Source of the DNA: Monocercomonoides exilis PA203
Lineage: Eukaryota; Protista; Preaxostyla
Direction: 5' to 3'
NCBI GenBank assembly: GCA_001643675.2
Contig: LSRY02000001.1
Location: forward strand, 620,001-684,000
DNA length: 64,000 bases
The position numbers and the translations under genes are program-made. Shown one piece after another: positions 13,601 to 27,400 of the stretch. How positions within the stretch are numbered: position 1 is the stretch's first letter; the number at the start of each line of letters is the position of its first letter. The notes below the pieces were generated by a model. That model searched no databases and had not been told where the DNA came from. It was given only the letters and a program-made list of their open reading frames with translations.

Positions 13601-14232
13601 TTTTATTGAAAACATAAATAATACTTCTTTTTCATTCCATTTTGACGTTAGCCACAAACAATCGTCTCAGACACAACAGCCCAGTGCGCCCTTCTTCTTC
13701 CACATCCTCTTTGTCTTCGGCCTCAAAGACATCTGTTCAAATATCCCCTCCTTTAACACCAGTCACTTTGACAACCGCGCGTTCGAACTGGTTTTCCTCT
13801 CTGCCCACAAACGAGTCGAAGAAGCGGTTTTTCGGAGAAACGGAGAAAGGGAAGCGCTTGCTGATGCAGCTGGGTGAGATGCACAACCCAGCGCCACGTG
13901 AAATACTGCCAACGACTCCAACAGCTGAGATGGCAGCCTTTGCTTCCTCAGCAGGCTTTTCTGCATTTTCTACTACTTCGGCCACGCAGAACCACTCACT
14001 TCGCCCAAAGTCCTCGATCACTTATAACACTCCCCCTCTCTCGCCGTTCACTTCTGTTGCCCCAACTTTTGCTGCTTCTGGTGCTGCTAATAGCTCAGAC
14101 TCTCGCCCTCGCTCTGCTTTTGACTTCTCCTCTTCGAAGTCGTTTTCTTCGTCTTCTTTGGCTCGCGACCGCCCTTCTTCGAATACTCTTAGATCTTCTC
14201 GTACTTCACTTCATTCACAGAAATCTCTTTGA
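10647..14232 (+). CDS. Hypothetical protein with N-terminal coiled coils and a long Ser/Pro-rich disordered region; multi-exon
   Basis: ORFs 10647, 11069, 11564 and 13642 can be joined by short GT-AG introns (~10842-10890, 11022-11068, 11418-11497, 13512-13651). No catalytic motif seen. Confidence 0.7.
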
Positions 14233-15207
14233 TGTGGAAAAATGTATAAGACAAAAATTATTTTTTTTTTTTATTTTTTTCTTCTTCTTTCACTTTTTTT
14301 TCTGTCTTTGTGATTTGAAAATTTTTTTAACTCCACAAAAGTGAATTTGCGTATTTATGTTCATTATAACTCCTGTTAAGATTTCTAATATTAAGCACTT
14401 TTTGTCCCCTTTTATCTGAATTTTATTTCGATTGATTGGCTTTTCTGGAATTGTATTAAGTGCCTTCAATAGATGAAGATATTTTTCAAGTTAAGCAACT
14501 TTTAATTTGAAAGTGCATCTTCGTGATTTTTTTTAAACCTTTCACATTTTGAATTTTCTTTGAATTATCACTCCAAATATCTTCTACAGCATCTTTTTTA
14601 TTTGTTTCTTTTATTTTCTTTCAACTTTCTTGTGATTTATTAAAGAACGATTTTTTTCTTTTTCACCAAAACAGTTTTTGTTGTTAACTCCCACACATCG
14701 CTTTGTTTTTAAAAAAAAAAAGAAAATTATCTTTTGCAAGTTGAATTTGTCAAAAGAATGTCAGATTCATCATTATTAACAAATGGCTTGATCAACTTCT
14801 CGCAAAGAACAAATGTTCACTTCTTTTATCAAAAAAATCACATTTTAATTGCAAAAAACATTGTAGATTTGATGATCTTTCTGCCTGTTTAGAATAACTC
14901 TGTTTGACAAAACAAAAATATAAAAACCGAAAACGTAACACCAAACTCAAATCTTAAAATAAATCAGAAAGGAATAACAAATTTTGAAGAAAATCAAAAT
15001 ATCCTTTGTGCAAATAACAGAATTTCAAGCAGAAATAATCCACAAATAATACCAGCCTGTTAGCGGCATGGTCCATTCAAAAGACACACAACCACATAAT
15101 TCGTTCTTATAAGAAGTTTTTTTAATTCCTCTTTCTTCTGAAAATATCAAAAAGAATTATTCAAATTATGTACCTTCAGTTCATCTCCAATTAAAAAAAT
15201 ACTCATT

Positions 15208-18200
15208 TCACATCTGCTCTTTCTCAAACGCCACATTCGCCGCCTCCAGCATTTGCACGCCCGATCCTGTGAACTCCCTCACTTTCTCCCCCAAAAACCC
15301 CTCTTTCCCATCCAGCACAGCCTGCCAGAACGCTCTATTTGCTGCAATCTGTGTGGTTGTTCTCAGATCACACCTCACCAGCGGTGACACAGCATCTGCA
15401 ACTGGCCCCAGTAAATAGTCAATGTAGCCCAGCTGCGACTCTGCTATCATTCTGTCTGAAGCATCATTCCTGTTCATGAACTTGCTGTACGGCAGCCCTC
15501 TTTCGTGTTCTCTGTCACCTTGCAAGAAAAACTCACTCGAAATTGCCAGCGTCGCTTTCTCTGCTAACATCAGCGGGCGGCATTGGTTGCCCATGTCTGC
15601 AAAGACCATCAGACCTTGCAAGAAAATGAGGCGGTCGGTGTCAGACTTGGCAATGTCGAGTGTGGATACGAAGGGAAGATGGGGTGTTTGAGATTCGTTT
15701 GGATTTGATGCAGCTGATGAGGCAGAGGCAGAGGAAGAAGAAGAAGAAGATGTAACTGTTGCAGCAGATGTAATTGTTGCTGTATCCGAGTTCGCTTCTC
15801 CTGCTCCTGATGCATCTGAACATGATGACGATGTAGAAGATTGAGTGGATGTATTAGCTCCACAATTACTATTATTTCCAGGTGTGTGCTTGTTTCCAGC
15901 CTTCAGTTGCTGCGCAGGCTCCATCTTCGCTCTCAGCTCCTTCAGCAGTGTGAAGTACAAGATTCCTGCATCAGTTGCCAGAATCACCTCAGTAAATATC
16001 CTTCGAAACAGCATCTTCTGCGAATGATCAAACGCCTCCGACACAAAATCGCAGTTTGGATAAGCCCTTAGCAATGACAATCCCGTGTGTGCATGGAAGT
16101 TCTCGAGGGGAGACTTGTAATTGAAGTGGTGTGAAAGTGGGTGATCGATCGTGCCCAGGTATGCGTTGCTGACACCAGGGTGAGACAAGTCGTGGCAGCA
16201 GGCAGCGACAAGTGCACTGAACAGCTCCAAGGGAGAAAAAGATGACCAAATGCGCTCTTTGTCCAGAAGCAGCAGCCAATACAGCATCGCAACAGCATCT
16301 GCAGCGTGGGTGGATGTGTGATAGGGGATTCTCATGTTGTACATGCCATCAGCTCTGAGCAAGAAAGACTGAAGTTTCAGTTTGTCAATGGAAAGTGTGT
16401 CTGCAAGCCCTGAATGCATCAGCACCCAATAGCCACACACTGCCAGCGCATGGCCAGATGTTGCTTTGCCCAGTTTGAAGGCGTCAAATTGAAGAGAATC
16501 AACAAGTCTCAACTGAGAAACAGCTGCTTCCACATCAACGAAGGGAATAACAGACAAAGCAGGGATCAGAAATCTGGATTCTTCTTGTGATAAAAAGACA
16601 TATTGCTCCATTAGCTGTGAGGATGTTAAGTTTGGTGGGTTGTCAAAATACATTGAAAGGTCTGTTATCTGCTGTCCAGGATAAGGCAGAGGGGTCGAGA
16701 TATTCCGCATTGAAGGCAGTGGAAGCGGAGGAAAAGCAGAATTGAAAGTTGATCTGCGGATGATTCTTCGGGAGGAGCTGGAGGCAATCACTGAAGGAGA
16801 AAACGGCTGCTCGTTTGTGGCTAAGCTGCATCGGCTGCATTTTTCAGTCTGCTGAGAAGAAATGCAAAGAGAATGCAATTTCTGCCGATTGAGAGGAGTG
16901 GATGACAGTTCGGTTTTGTTCAAGGAGTGTTTCTTTGGAAGCTTGCGTTGTTTGTCTTTTTTGCTCAAGTTGACGTTCTTTTTGGAGTTTGCTTCATTTT
17001 TCGTGTGGGGATCAAATTGAATGATTGATTTGTGCGATTCTTTCTCACCTTTCTCTTTTTTCTCATCTTTTTTAATTTTCTTGTCTTTCTCAGAAATCCC
17101 ATTTTCTAATGCAATTCTATTGCGATGCAGCCTCTTTTTAACAATCTTCACTCGATTGTTGAAGTCAGTGAGCACTTCCCGTGAGATTCGGAACTGAGTC
17201 AAGTTCGGTTTGTCTGTTGTTTTTAATGAATGATTTGGTGTTGAATTAAAAGTTGCGATGTTTTCAACTGTATCAACAGCATTTGTTGTAGCATTTACTG
17301 GTGCTTTTAATTGATCGTTTGAATCTTCAAGCAACTTTTGTTGTAAATTCTGTGTATGTAAATGTTCTTCACTTTTAATCAAACTTTGAGGATTGGCTTT
17401 TTGCAGTGATTTTTCCTTCCCTTCCTGGTTGGATGGAACAGAAGTACTAAACACTGAATATGCTGTTGCTGCTGCATTTCCATTCCCATTTTCAATTTTC
17501 TTCTCCTTTTCTTCAACTTTTTCTTTTTCTTTTCCATTTTCATTATCGGTTTTAACATTGTTTCCGTTCTCTTGTCCATTTTCCGTTCTCTTTTCTCCTT
17601 TCACAATCTTCTCATCAGCATAACTCTCCTCCAATTGGCAACCCTCACTCTCCAACAATCCACTCGAATGACGAACTTGGGCAGTTAGCGTCGGATCCAA
17701 TGAAAATCTCCGTTTGTTAAAAATAATGGCTGTTTTTTTGTCCTTTCGGAAATTGAGCGAATGCCGTGGACGCAAAAAATTCGTCCTTCTTCTCAACGAT
17801 TCAGTCACAATTCTCTTATTTATCTCCTTTTTCTCCTTTTTCTCCAATTCTTCTGTGTCTTCTATTTCTCCGATTTCTCCGAATTTATTACTTCCACTGT
17901 GATTATCTTGAGCAATTCTAACAACATTTGCATTTGGCTGTATCGCCAGCAGCGTATGCCGTCTCTTTCCTTCCTTCTTCCCCTGGCTGTCAAAACTGCT
18001 CATCGACGAAACCGAAGATAAAGACGCGGATGCAGAAAACATCATAGAATTCCCTGTAGATTGTGGAGAAAGCAGAGAATCGTCGTAGAATCCACACAAT
18101 GACGAGAACGAGCGTGCGTGTGCAGTCGATGCAAACATCGAGCGGATGCGGCGGGTGCGTTTATTATTTACACTGCTGTAGCTGTAGTTGTTGTCGTTGC

Positions 18201-18904
18201 TTTTGTGTGTTCCATAAGAGTTGAAAGGTCGAAGAGAGAAGAACTGAGAAGCAGGCGAAGCCTCATCTTCCCCAGCAGCAGATGAAGTCATTCGGAGGAA
18301 ATATCTCGGAGAAAGAAGAAGAGTGGTGCTGGTGGTGCCTGTGATGTCTGTAACTCCAGAAATTCCAGAAATTCCTGTTATTCCTGTTATTCCTGTTATT
18401 TCCGTATTATCAGTCTTTTCTGTGTTTTCTGTGTTTTCTGTGATCCTCGTCACATTTGAGCTCGCATAAGACACAACAGATGGAGTTAGTGAAGATCTCC
18501 TCGAAATTAAGCTTGTTTCTCCCTCTGCTTGTTTGTGCTGTGAAGTTAGCTGAGAAACACCTGTTAGAGTGAATGACTCAGTTGTGGCTGTTGTAGCTGG
18601 AGTGGCTGGGGTAGTGATGGAAAGGGAAGAATATTTGTTTGAATAAGCAGAAGAACCAGAAGAAGAGGAAGAAGATGATGATGATGATGATGATGATGAA
18701 GTAGAAGAAGAAGCAGAAGAAGAAGAAGCACCAGAAGCAGCAGATGCCACTGAAACATATGAGGAAGGCGAAGGATGGCTGTGCTTGGATCTTCTTTCTG
18801 TGTGAGACTTGTGGCTTTTCTGTGCAAAAGCAACGGTCGAGGCAGAAAGAGTGAGAGAGGCACATTCTGCAATGGGGAGTTCGGAAGATGTGGAGAAGGC
18901 AGAA

Positions 18905-18935
<31 letters not shown>

Positions 18936-21900
18936 GTGAAGAGGAAGAGAAAGTATTAGAAGAGGATGAAGATGATGATGATGTACCAGAACTTGTAGAA
19001 GAAACTGCAGAAGCAGAAGAAGAAGAAGAAGAAGAAGAAGGATTGGTTGTTGCATTAGTATAACATGGAAACAAAGAGTAAACATTTGCCAAATCAAACT
19101 CTACACACGGCGTCTGTGTAGCTGAATCAACCAACTCAGCTACTTCAGCTTTTTCAGCTTTATCAATCTTTTCAATCTTTTCGTTTTTCATCTCTGCTTT
19201 TTCTTTCATTTCATTCATTTCTTCATTGTCTGTTTGTGTAGAATGCTCTGTTTTGAGTGGAGACACAGAAAACGAAGCTCGCAAAGGAACAAAAGAAGCA
19301 CAAGGAGAGCATTGGATGACAGCAGAGGAAGGTGTTGATGATAAGAGAAGGCAGTTGGAGCAGGAAAGACGTCTGGAGCTTAAAAGAGGGTGTGTTTGAG
19401 AGGGAAATGAAGAAAGAGAAGAAGAAGAAGAGGGAGAGGGAGAGGGAGATGATGATGATGAATGAGAAGAAGATAGAGAAGAAGATAGAGAAGAAGATAG
19501 GGATGATGCTGTTGAAGCTATAACTTCATTTGAAGGAAGAGGAAGAGGAAGAGAAGGAAGACGAAATTGCACAAAATTGTCAGAAAGCAGCTTTTCCAGT
19601 GGAAATACAGAATTCGATGAGAAGTCATTTTGCAGAATATGATTTTTCACTCGTGACAATATGGAATTACTTGCAAAAGAGCTTGAATTCAATGAAGATG
19701 TCTGTGGAGACTGCAACGATGGTGAAGAGCCAGAAAAGGAAACAGGAACGGGAACGGGAACTGTAACAGAAGATTGCTGATTAAGATAACAATACAAGTA
19801 TTTTACTGCTTTTAGCTGCTGCTCAGTCAACATTCCAGATAGAACTATCATTTCTTTGAGGAAATTACATTTGATGCTTTTAGCAAAACCGAATTGAGAA
19901 TCAAAATTTTGCTTGTTCGACAGCAAAAATGGCAGAAAAGTGTGAAGATGATCTGAACTTAGCGGTGGCATCGTTGTCTTCAGAGCGCCCAAACGAAGGT
20001 ATTCGAAGGGGGTGGAAGCTAATTGTGCGAAAACAGAGCTGGATGATTCGGATTCTGATTGATTTGATGAGCCAAAAACGTTTGATTGAGATGTGTTGTA
20101 CAAGTTTGCCAGTGTTTTTGAATAAGAGTTGGCAATTGACTCACAACTGAGAACTTTCTGTTTATTTGTCACCTTTTCTTCCTCTTCTTTAACTTCTTCT
20201 TCTTCTTTTTCTTTTATTTCTTCTTCTGATTCTTTCCTCTTCTTTTCCATTTTGTTGACAATAGAATAAAACTTAACCTTTGGCATTGTTTCCATCTTCA
20301 CATTTGGCATATTTTGTTGCATTCGATAAGCACTCGTCAAATCAACCACCTGAAATTGCAACGCTGCTGCTTTCCCTTTCACGGCCAATGGGATTATATT
20401 CGCAAACTGTGTCTGTGTCTGTGTTTGTGTTTGTGTCTGTGATTGAGTCTCCTTTTCTGACTGAATCTGCTGCAGCTGCAATGGAACTTGCATTTGCATT
20501 GGCATCTGAATCTGCATTTGTGACATTGGACGTCTCAACCCCAAAGTCGGTGAATGAGAAAGAGAAGACGAAGAGTGCGTGTCTGAAAGCGCACTGCTGT
20601 CAGACGGAGAAGAAGAGCGGAAGCCTCCAGCGCCTCCTTGCCCTCTTCCTTGCCCTCTTCCTCCTCTTCCTCTTCCAATTCCCTCACTGTTGTAGCTACT
20701 TCTGCTTGCTCCGACTTCAAATAGCCTTCGAAGCGACTCAATCTCAAAGGGAATGTTCATCTGCTCCTGATTGTTTGCTTTTGCAGTGTTCACATCAGAA
20801 GGTGTTTGTAAAAGATTTTGATTCAGCTTGAAATTTTTGTCAGAGCTGTTTTCAGAGAAAGAGGAAGATGAAGCTAAAGGTAGAATGGATGTGGTGGCGC
20901 TTCTGTAAATAGTCTTCGGTAATTTTTGCGCAACAATAGAAGAGGCATTGGATTGTTCTTTCTCCAAAGGCAGACTGTGCAGCTGTTCATTTGCCTGGAT
21001 TTTGCTTGAAGATGGCTTCGATGGAGAAAAAGACGAAAAACAAGGAGGAAGAAGCTGGCTGTGAGAAAGTGAGTTTCCAGAATCAGTAGGATTTGACTCA
21101 ATTTTAGCTTTCAAACTCGAATTTTCTATTCCTTTTAAAACAAAGTTTTCTGTGTCTGTTTCACTGTGGATGGATCCTCTCACTCCGGAGTCGCTTTCTT
21201 CCCTGCATGCTTCAGCCAAACAAGGAGAGGGCGTTAAGTGACCTTGCTCTTGTTTCTTTGCATTGCTTGGAGAAACGCTGGAGAGGCAAAAACTTCCAGT
21301 TGTTGAAGAATCTGGCGAAAAAGATGGAGATCGAGAAGGAGAAAATGAAGCAGAAAGCATTCTGCCACTCTTAATTTGAATTCCAGAAGATGAAAGCACA
21401 TTGTCACTGACTATGTATTTCGCACGCAGCGGAGTTGTCATTTCTGGACCAATATCTGAAACATTGCTTGCCTGTGAGTTTAGAGAGAAACGTGGTCTTC
21501 TGATGTGTCGTCGGTGAATGTTGTTCTGAATAGGAGTTAATGCAAGAGATGGAGCAAACGATTCGTTCGAGCTTGAACAATTTGATTTTAGAATAGCTTC
21601 TGATTTTGAAGAAGCCAATGATTTTCTCGTAACAATTCTGTTCGCTTTTAATTTCTTAACTTTGGATTTTTTCCTTTTAATTGCAATGTCGTTCGAAGAA
21701 GATTGATCAAATTCCTGAGGAAAATATTCTCGAGGAAATGATTCACAATCTTCATCGAGGTCAGACAAATCACCAATCATGGAATATTGGTTTAATTCAG
21801 AAAATTTATTTATAAAATGACTACTCCCTCCAAGCATCATCAATAAAGCATCTCTCTGTCTTTCATGATCTAAATCATTCTCTGCAGCAGTTAGAGGAGA

Positions 21901-22291
21901 ATGAGGCTCATCCGTAATCATCAGAAATTCTTTTGTATCCGCTAACGGAATAGGTTGCTGGTATTGGTATGAAGAAGAAACTTCAAAACTATCTTTTGGT
22001 TGAGTTTCTGGTTGAGTGCCAAAAGAGAGGAGTGAAACAGCGCAAAGCAAACTTTCTCTTTCCTTTAAAAAATAAAAATCAAATTTAAATATTTTTATTT
22101 TAAAGAAATGCACTTCATGGCATCATGCACACTTCTTCAGTAATATTTGGCTTTTGCAGCATTTTTGAAAGAGTCTCAACTATTTTTTCGTCCTGCATTG
22201 CTGAAATAAACAAAGGATGAGCTTGCAAGCTATTGTCTGGAAAACTTTGCGATAAAAGGACTGATGTGTCTTTTGATGGAACTTCTTCCAT
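15208..22291 (-). CDS. Class I 3',5'-cyclic nucleotide phosphodiesterase (C-terminal PDEase_I domain) with ~1900-aa low-complexity N-terminus
   Basis: Motifs PYHTSTHAAD, CHDLSHPGVSN, LENFH, ILATD, ADMGN, EFFLQGDRE and SQLGYID. Probable first exon MEEVPSKDTS... from ATG 22291, spliced at ~22131-22064 into the 2301-aa ORF. Confidence 0.92.
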
Positions 22292-22492
22292 CTTTTTAAT
22301 TGATCAATTTTGACCATATTAAAAATTAAATACTTTTTGTTTTGGTATTTTTTAACTTATTCATATAAAGTCCTTTCAAAGTAACTAAAAGAAATACATA
22401 GTGATAATTAGCAACTTTATACAAAGCAAAGTTGCAAAAAATGATTTTATGAAAATGTACGTCTATAATATGTAACAAAAATAAAAACAAAA

Positions 22493-23855
22493 TCAAATTT
22501 TGAATCCTCTTTTTGATTCTTGTTCAAATGATTTTATAAGTCCAGTCGGATTCTATAAACAACAATATAGATGAGATTAATAAGAGAATTATAGAAAAAT
22601 TAAATTTAACAAGAGAAAAATAATAATTTAGCAGCAAACACTTACACATGCTTTTTTCACTGTGTTAAGAACATCAGAGCAATCGTGAATTGTTTTCTTT
22701 CCCTCTTTCCTAAATAAAGAGAATTGAAAGTATATTTGTAATTAGTCGAGAGAGAAAAAATGCAATTTAGCATGCCATATTTTGAAAAGATGAAGATATG
22801 TTGCTGAATAAAGTGTATGAAGAGAATTGAAGACTGATTGTTTGCTATTGATGTATTTATTCAATGATCCTTGCCTAACAGTTTCAAGAACAAATGAAGT
22901 GATGTTAATTGCAATTACCGCAAATGGGAACGTCTTTTATTAATTCAAATAAATCCAAAAAACAAAAAGACAAAATAATCTCAGCATACAGTCTCCGGCT
23001 GTTGACTCAATTCCAAAATTTTAGCTGCAAGATCAGGATAAGTGAAGGTTAAAAAAAGCATTTGAAGTAAAGAAAGAATTCCACAAGAACGAAAATCAGT
23101 TCTTGGATCATTTCCTATTTGAATTGACAAGTTTCAAGAACAAAGTTGGATTCGTGATGTTAGTATCCAAACATAAGCAAAAATACCTTGAAATCCTAAA
23201 ACTTCCCAATGTGATCCATGAGGTGGGCAATATGATTTTCCGGTCAAGTGAAAATATAATGAGAATAGCATTTCTTGAGCTTCAGGAACGGTGTCAACCG
23301 GAACCTTTGCCAATGACAAAAATTGCAAAGCATCATCAAGCAACTGAATGCTGATGCTTGGTGGTCCAAAACATAAAAAGCGCTTTGGAGGGGAGTATTT
23401 TATTTGTTGCTAAGAATAATGGAAAGCATGATTCAGTAAAAAAGAAGAGAGAAGAATTTACCCGATATTGCGCTGTATCCAATTTCTGTAAAATTTGAGC
23501 TGCGTCTGAGTAAGTCATTTTTGGTGGTTCAGCATGGGCTGTTTCTGTTGAAGAACTTGAATCTCTTTCTGGTTCTTGTGGTGTTGTTAATGCTTTAAAT
23601 TCCTCTTTAATTCATAAGAAATTATAATTCTGATTAAGTTATTTCAATTAAATGATTTTATACCGGCTTTTTCATTTTATTGACAAATTTTTGCGTCATT
23701 GAATTGGTCCATTCGCCAAAAAATTTAGGAAAGAACGTTGAAACTTAAATTTAACAATAAACAATAAATAAAATTATACGAGTGGCCTGGGTGAATTCCC
23801 CAGTTGGAATATTTCCCCAGTCGTCGGCAACTTCCGGTTCACTTTCCAAACTCAT
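22493..23855 (-). CDS. ELMOD: ELMO/CED-12 domain protein (ELMOD family ARF/ARL GAP, ELMOD3-like); about 8 exons
   Basis: Spliced reading GSHWEVLGFQG|NDPRTDFRSCGILSLLQML...|TFPFAVIAINIT...LFKIW|KEGKKTIHDCSDVL matches the ELMO signature WxxxGFQGxDPxTDFR with the catalytic Arg. ATG at 23855, TGA at 22493-22495. One upstream splice junction (~23605) is ambiguous. Confidence 0.88.
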
Positions 23856-24494
23856 AGTTAATAATGGTTAGGAAATTTAAAAAATTCAAATTTTCTTTAA
23901 TAACGTTTTATATGTAAAATAAATTCAATAATTTTGTTGATTATATCAGAATTTCATGGATACATTTCTTTATCGTTATCAGTGTTTTTAAAGAAAAATC
24001 AATATTTTGATTACTGATTTGATAACTAAAAGGATTTTTATAAAATGATTTTCACATGAATATTAAAAATAATATATTTTAATGTTTTTTAAAAAGAAAA
24101 CTTTTTTGTTTAATTTTCAATTTGAAGAAAACATTTCATTTTGATATAATATTTTTATATTAACGAACAAATAATATAAAAAAAAAGTTCGATTGATTCT
24201 TGAAAAATGCGTTTCTATTCTTTCCAGTGAAATTTTGTAAAATTGAACTGAAAGAAGAACAAAACATTACATCTCTATTTTCCACCAAAAACTTTATAAA
24301 AGTAATTTACAAAAATAATTTTTTGTTATTAAAGAATATTATAAATTGTGTGGTTTTTTAATCCTGCCATTTTTTCATTGGTGTTTCTTATCTAGCGGGG
24401 AAATAAAAAAACGGATAAAAAAAGTTCAGATTAAAAAGCTACCCTTCAATTATTTGGGACAACTCAAATATGGGTGATTATTTTTGAAATCATA

Positions 24495-27400
24495 TAGAAT
24501 GTGCAAAAAATACCGGACATAGCAAAAAATACCGGACAAAAATAAAAAATAAGGTTTGATCAAAAAGAGTTTATCCAAAATAATTACTAATAAATTCTCA
24601 TTTGAATTTATAATACAGTATTTTTGTCGTTATTCATGATTGAGAAAAAATGGCATCTTTAATAATTTATGGGACGTTTTTCTGAACAGAAATATCATTT
24701 CATAATATTTTGCAAACAAATGCAGTTAAAAAACTTCAAAAATGATTGTTAGATGAGATAAAACTTCGAACAAATAATGTACGATTCTAAATAAGGAAGA
24801 AACGGTTTCTATTTTTGATTTATATTCAAAATAAAATAATTCTTTATCTTCCTGCACTGAAAATCGAATCACGTGGAGAATTAACAATTACATATGAACA
24901 GTAAGTTTTCTTGGAGCCTAGAATAGAAACAGGCATCAAATGATTTGTCACATATTTGATCGTTCTTTTTCTATGAATCAACAAACGTGAATGGAAGTGC
25001 ACTATTTTGACTTGTTACTATTGTGACTCACTAGTTCATTCAAACGCTATTCATCTGAAAATGTATCTATTCCTATGTGGAAAATCTGTTTTATCAAAAA
25101 AAATACTGTTTATTCATAAAGTTGTTTTGGAGTTTAATGGAAATTATTGAAACAATCAACTTTATGTTTGAGTTTCTTTCTCATTTGTTTTCCTTTTTTT
25201 GCAAAAATGTTTGATTTGTTAACCTTTAATTTACGCTTTCAAAATTGAATATTCTTTTGTTAATTGAAGCAATCTCAATTCATTTTTCTTGAAAAATATT
25301 ACACGATTGCACAATAAATATAGAAAATAATAACTTTTCCATCAAAATTAATTAAATAGAGGTTGAAGCATCAGTTTCCAATTCAAAGAAAAATCCTAAG
25401 ATTCAAATAAACTATTTTTCCTATTTATTCCAAAAATAAGATAAAAAATTTTACATAATTCAGAAAAATAAAAATAATAGTGAAAAAGAACAAAGATTAA
25501 AATATAAGATACATATAAAATTATCTTTCTTAATAAACAAATAATTGTTGAATAATATGGATTATCCTCCTGTTTCTCGATAACTTTGTTAAATGATTTT
25601 CTTCAGTCAACATTATAATCATTACTGGAATTGAATCCACTTCTTATTCTAACCTCTCTGACTTTTCTTCTCTTTTTTCCACCATTTTCATCATCACGCT
25701 ACCCTCTGCCTCGTCTGCCCTCTTCCAACAGACCCAGGGTTCCCTCACAGTCTCTGCCCTCCCCATCGCCCACAACTCCTCAAATTCTATCACCCCCATC
25801 CTCTTCCACCTCTCCGGTAACTCCCCTTCCCTCAACCTCAACACAACCACCATCACCGGAACAACCTCCATAACAATAAAAGCCCCCCTCTTCTTCCTCA
25901 CTGCTGGTTCCCTCGCCCTCAACCACACAGCAATCACCAGTCTCGCCCTCAACAGCCAAAGCATCTTCCACCTCACCTCCCTCACCGCTCCCCTCATCCT
26001 CAACTCCTCCAATATCACCCACATCACCTCCACATCCACTCCCACCAGCTGTGTCCTCTCCTCCTCCACCTCCCCTGCCCTCTCCCTCTCCCTCACCAAC
26101 TGCACCATCACCAACATCAACTCAGAACAGTTGAGCCAACAGACTGCCACCAATGGCGGGTGCATCTCATTCGCCTCATCTGCCCTTGCCAACTTGTTTT
26201 AAGTGAACAACACCACATTCAGAGGTTGCTGTTTGTGTTAGGATGAGAATGAAGGTTCAATCCGATTTAATTGAGCAAGTGGAATATAATTCTTATGAAA
26301 GTTACTTGAAAAATGTGCGACAAAATCATTATTGATTACTGGAATAATGCTTTTTAAGATTGTTGTTCCGAAGAATTTTAATAAAGAAATCACTTCGATG
26401 GTTGAATCAAGCACCCAAAATGGCGAACTGCATAAGATGAACTGCGTAATAAAGGTGATTGAATAAAAGCTAAGAACAATATAATGTTCCTCAATTGCAT
26501 CGACAGGGAAGATGTTTGAACAGAAATTTGTGACGATTTTCGAAGAAAAATCATCACTCTCATTGTTTTCGTTTTCGCATTCGTCAGAATGCGAATCAAT
26601 GAAAAAAGATTGAGAACACAGAACAAAGGAGTAAATTGATTTGTGAAATGATTTTTGTTTGATGGAAAACTTCACAAAAATTTTTTAAGTTTTGTAAAGA
26701 TAAACCATTTTCAACCATTCAAAAGCTCATATTAATTAACTTCAACATTTGGTCAACAAAATTATTGGTTATTAACTTCAAGATATGGTAATTAATCTGA
26801 AAAAAGCACTATTAAATGAAGAATTCTCCAAATAATTAATTATACATCTTTATATAAGTTTTATGGATTTGCTGATCTCAATAAATCACGAAGCAATTTT
26901 TTTTATTTTCTTTCATTTATTCGTTATCACAAAAGTTTTTTAAATAAATGAAGGAAAATATAGAAGCATTGCAAAATGGATTGTCTGGAAGTATTTTTTG
27001 TTTCTATTTATCAATCATGATGGCTTTATATGTTTTCTTTTTTGCTTGAATACAATAATTTCTGATAAATGAAAGTTTTGATCTTTGAATCATTCTGTCA
27101 TGCTAACAATGTTTATATTAATGTTTGAGTTACATCTTTTTTTTTCGTTTATTTCATCACCGTTGTTTTTTGTTTTTGAACTTGTTTGATTTCTATGTGA
27201 TTGCTAATTTTTGTGTTGCGTATAATGAATAATATCGCAAATTTTCATGATTTTGTTGTCTTTGAAGATTTTATCCTAATATTTTTGCATGTTTTTTCAT
27301 TGATATTCCTCTTATATTGTTTTTTTTTAATTGTTGAAATGTTACCAGTTAAGAAGTTTTTTGATTTCGGAACTAATTTTGAATTTGAACATTTTTTGAA

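Noticed and set aside
25644-26192. 182-aa minus-strand ORF (MARADEANE...)
   Set aside because: It is the codon-aligned antisense shadow of the plus-strand surface-protein fragment.
26238-26675. 145-aa minus-strand ORF inside the Tc1-like element
   Set aside because: GTG start and no recognisable motif. It may be a second cargo scrap but cannot be supported.
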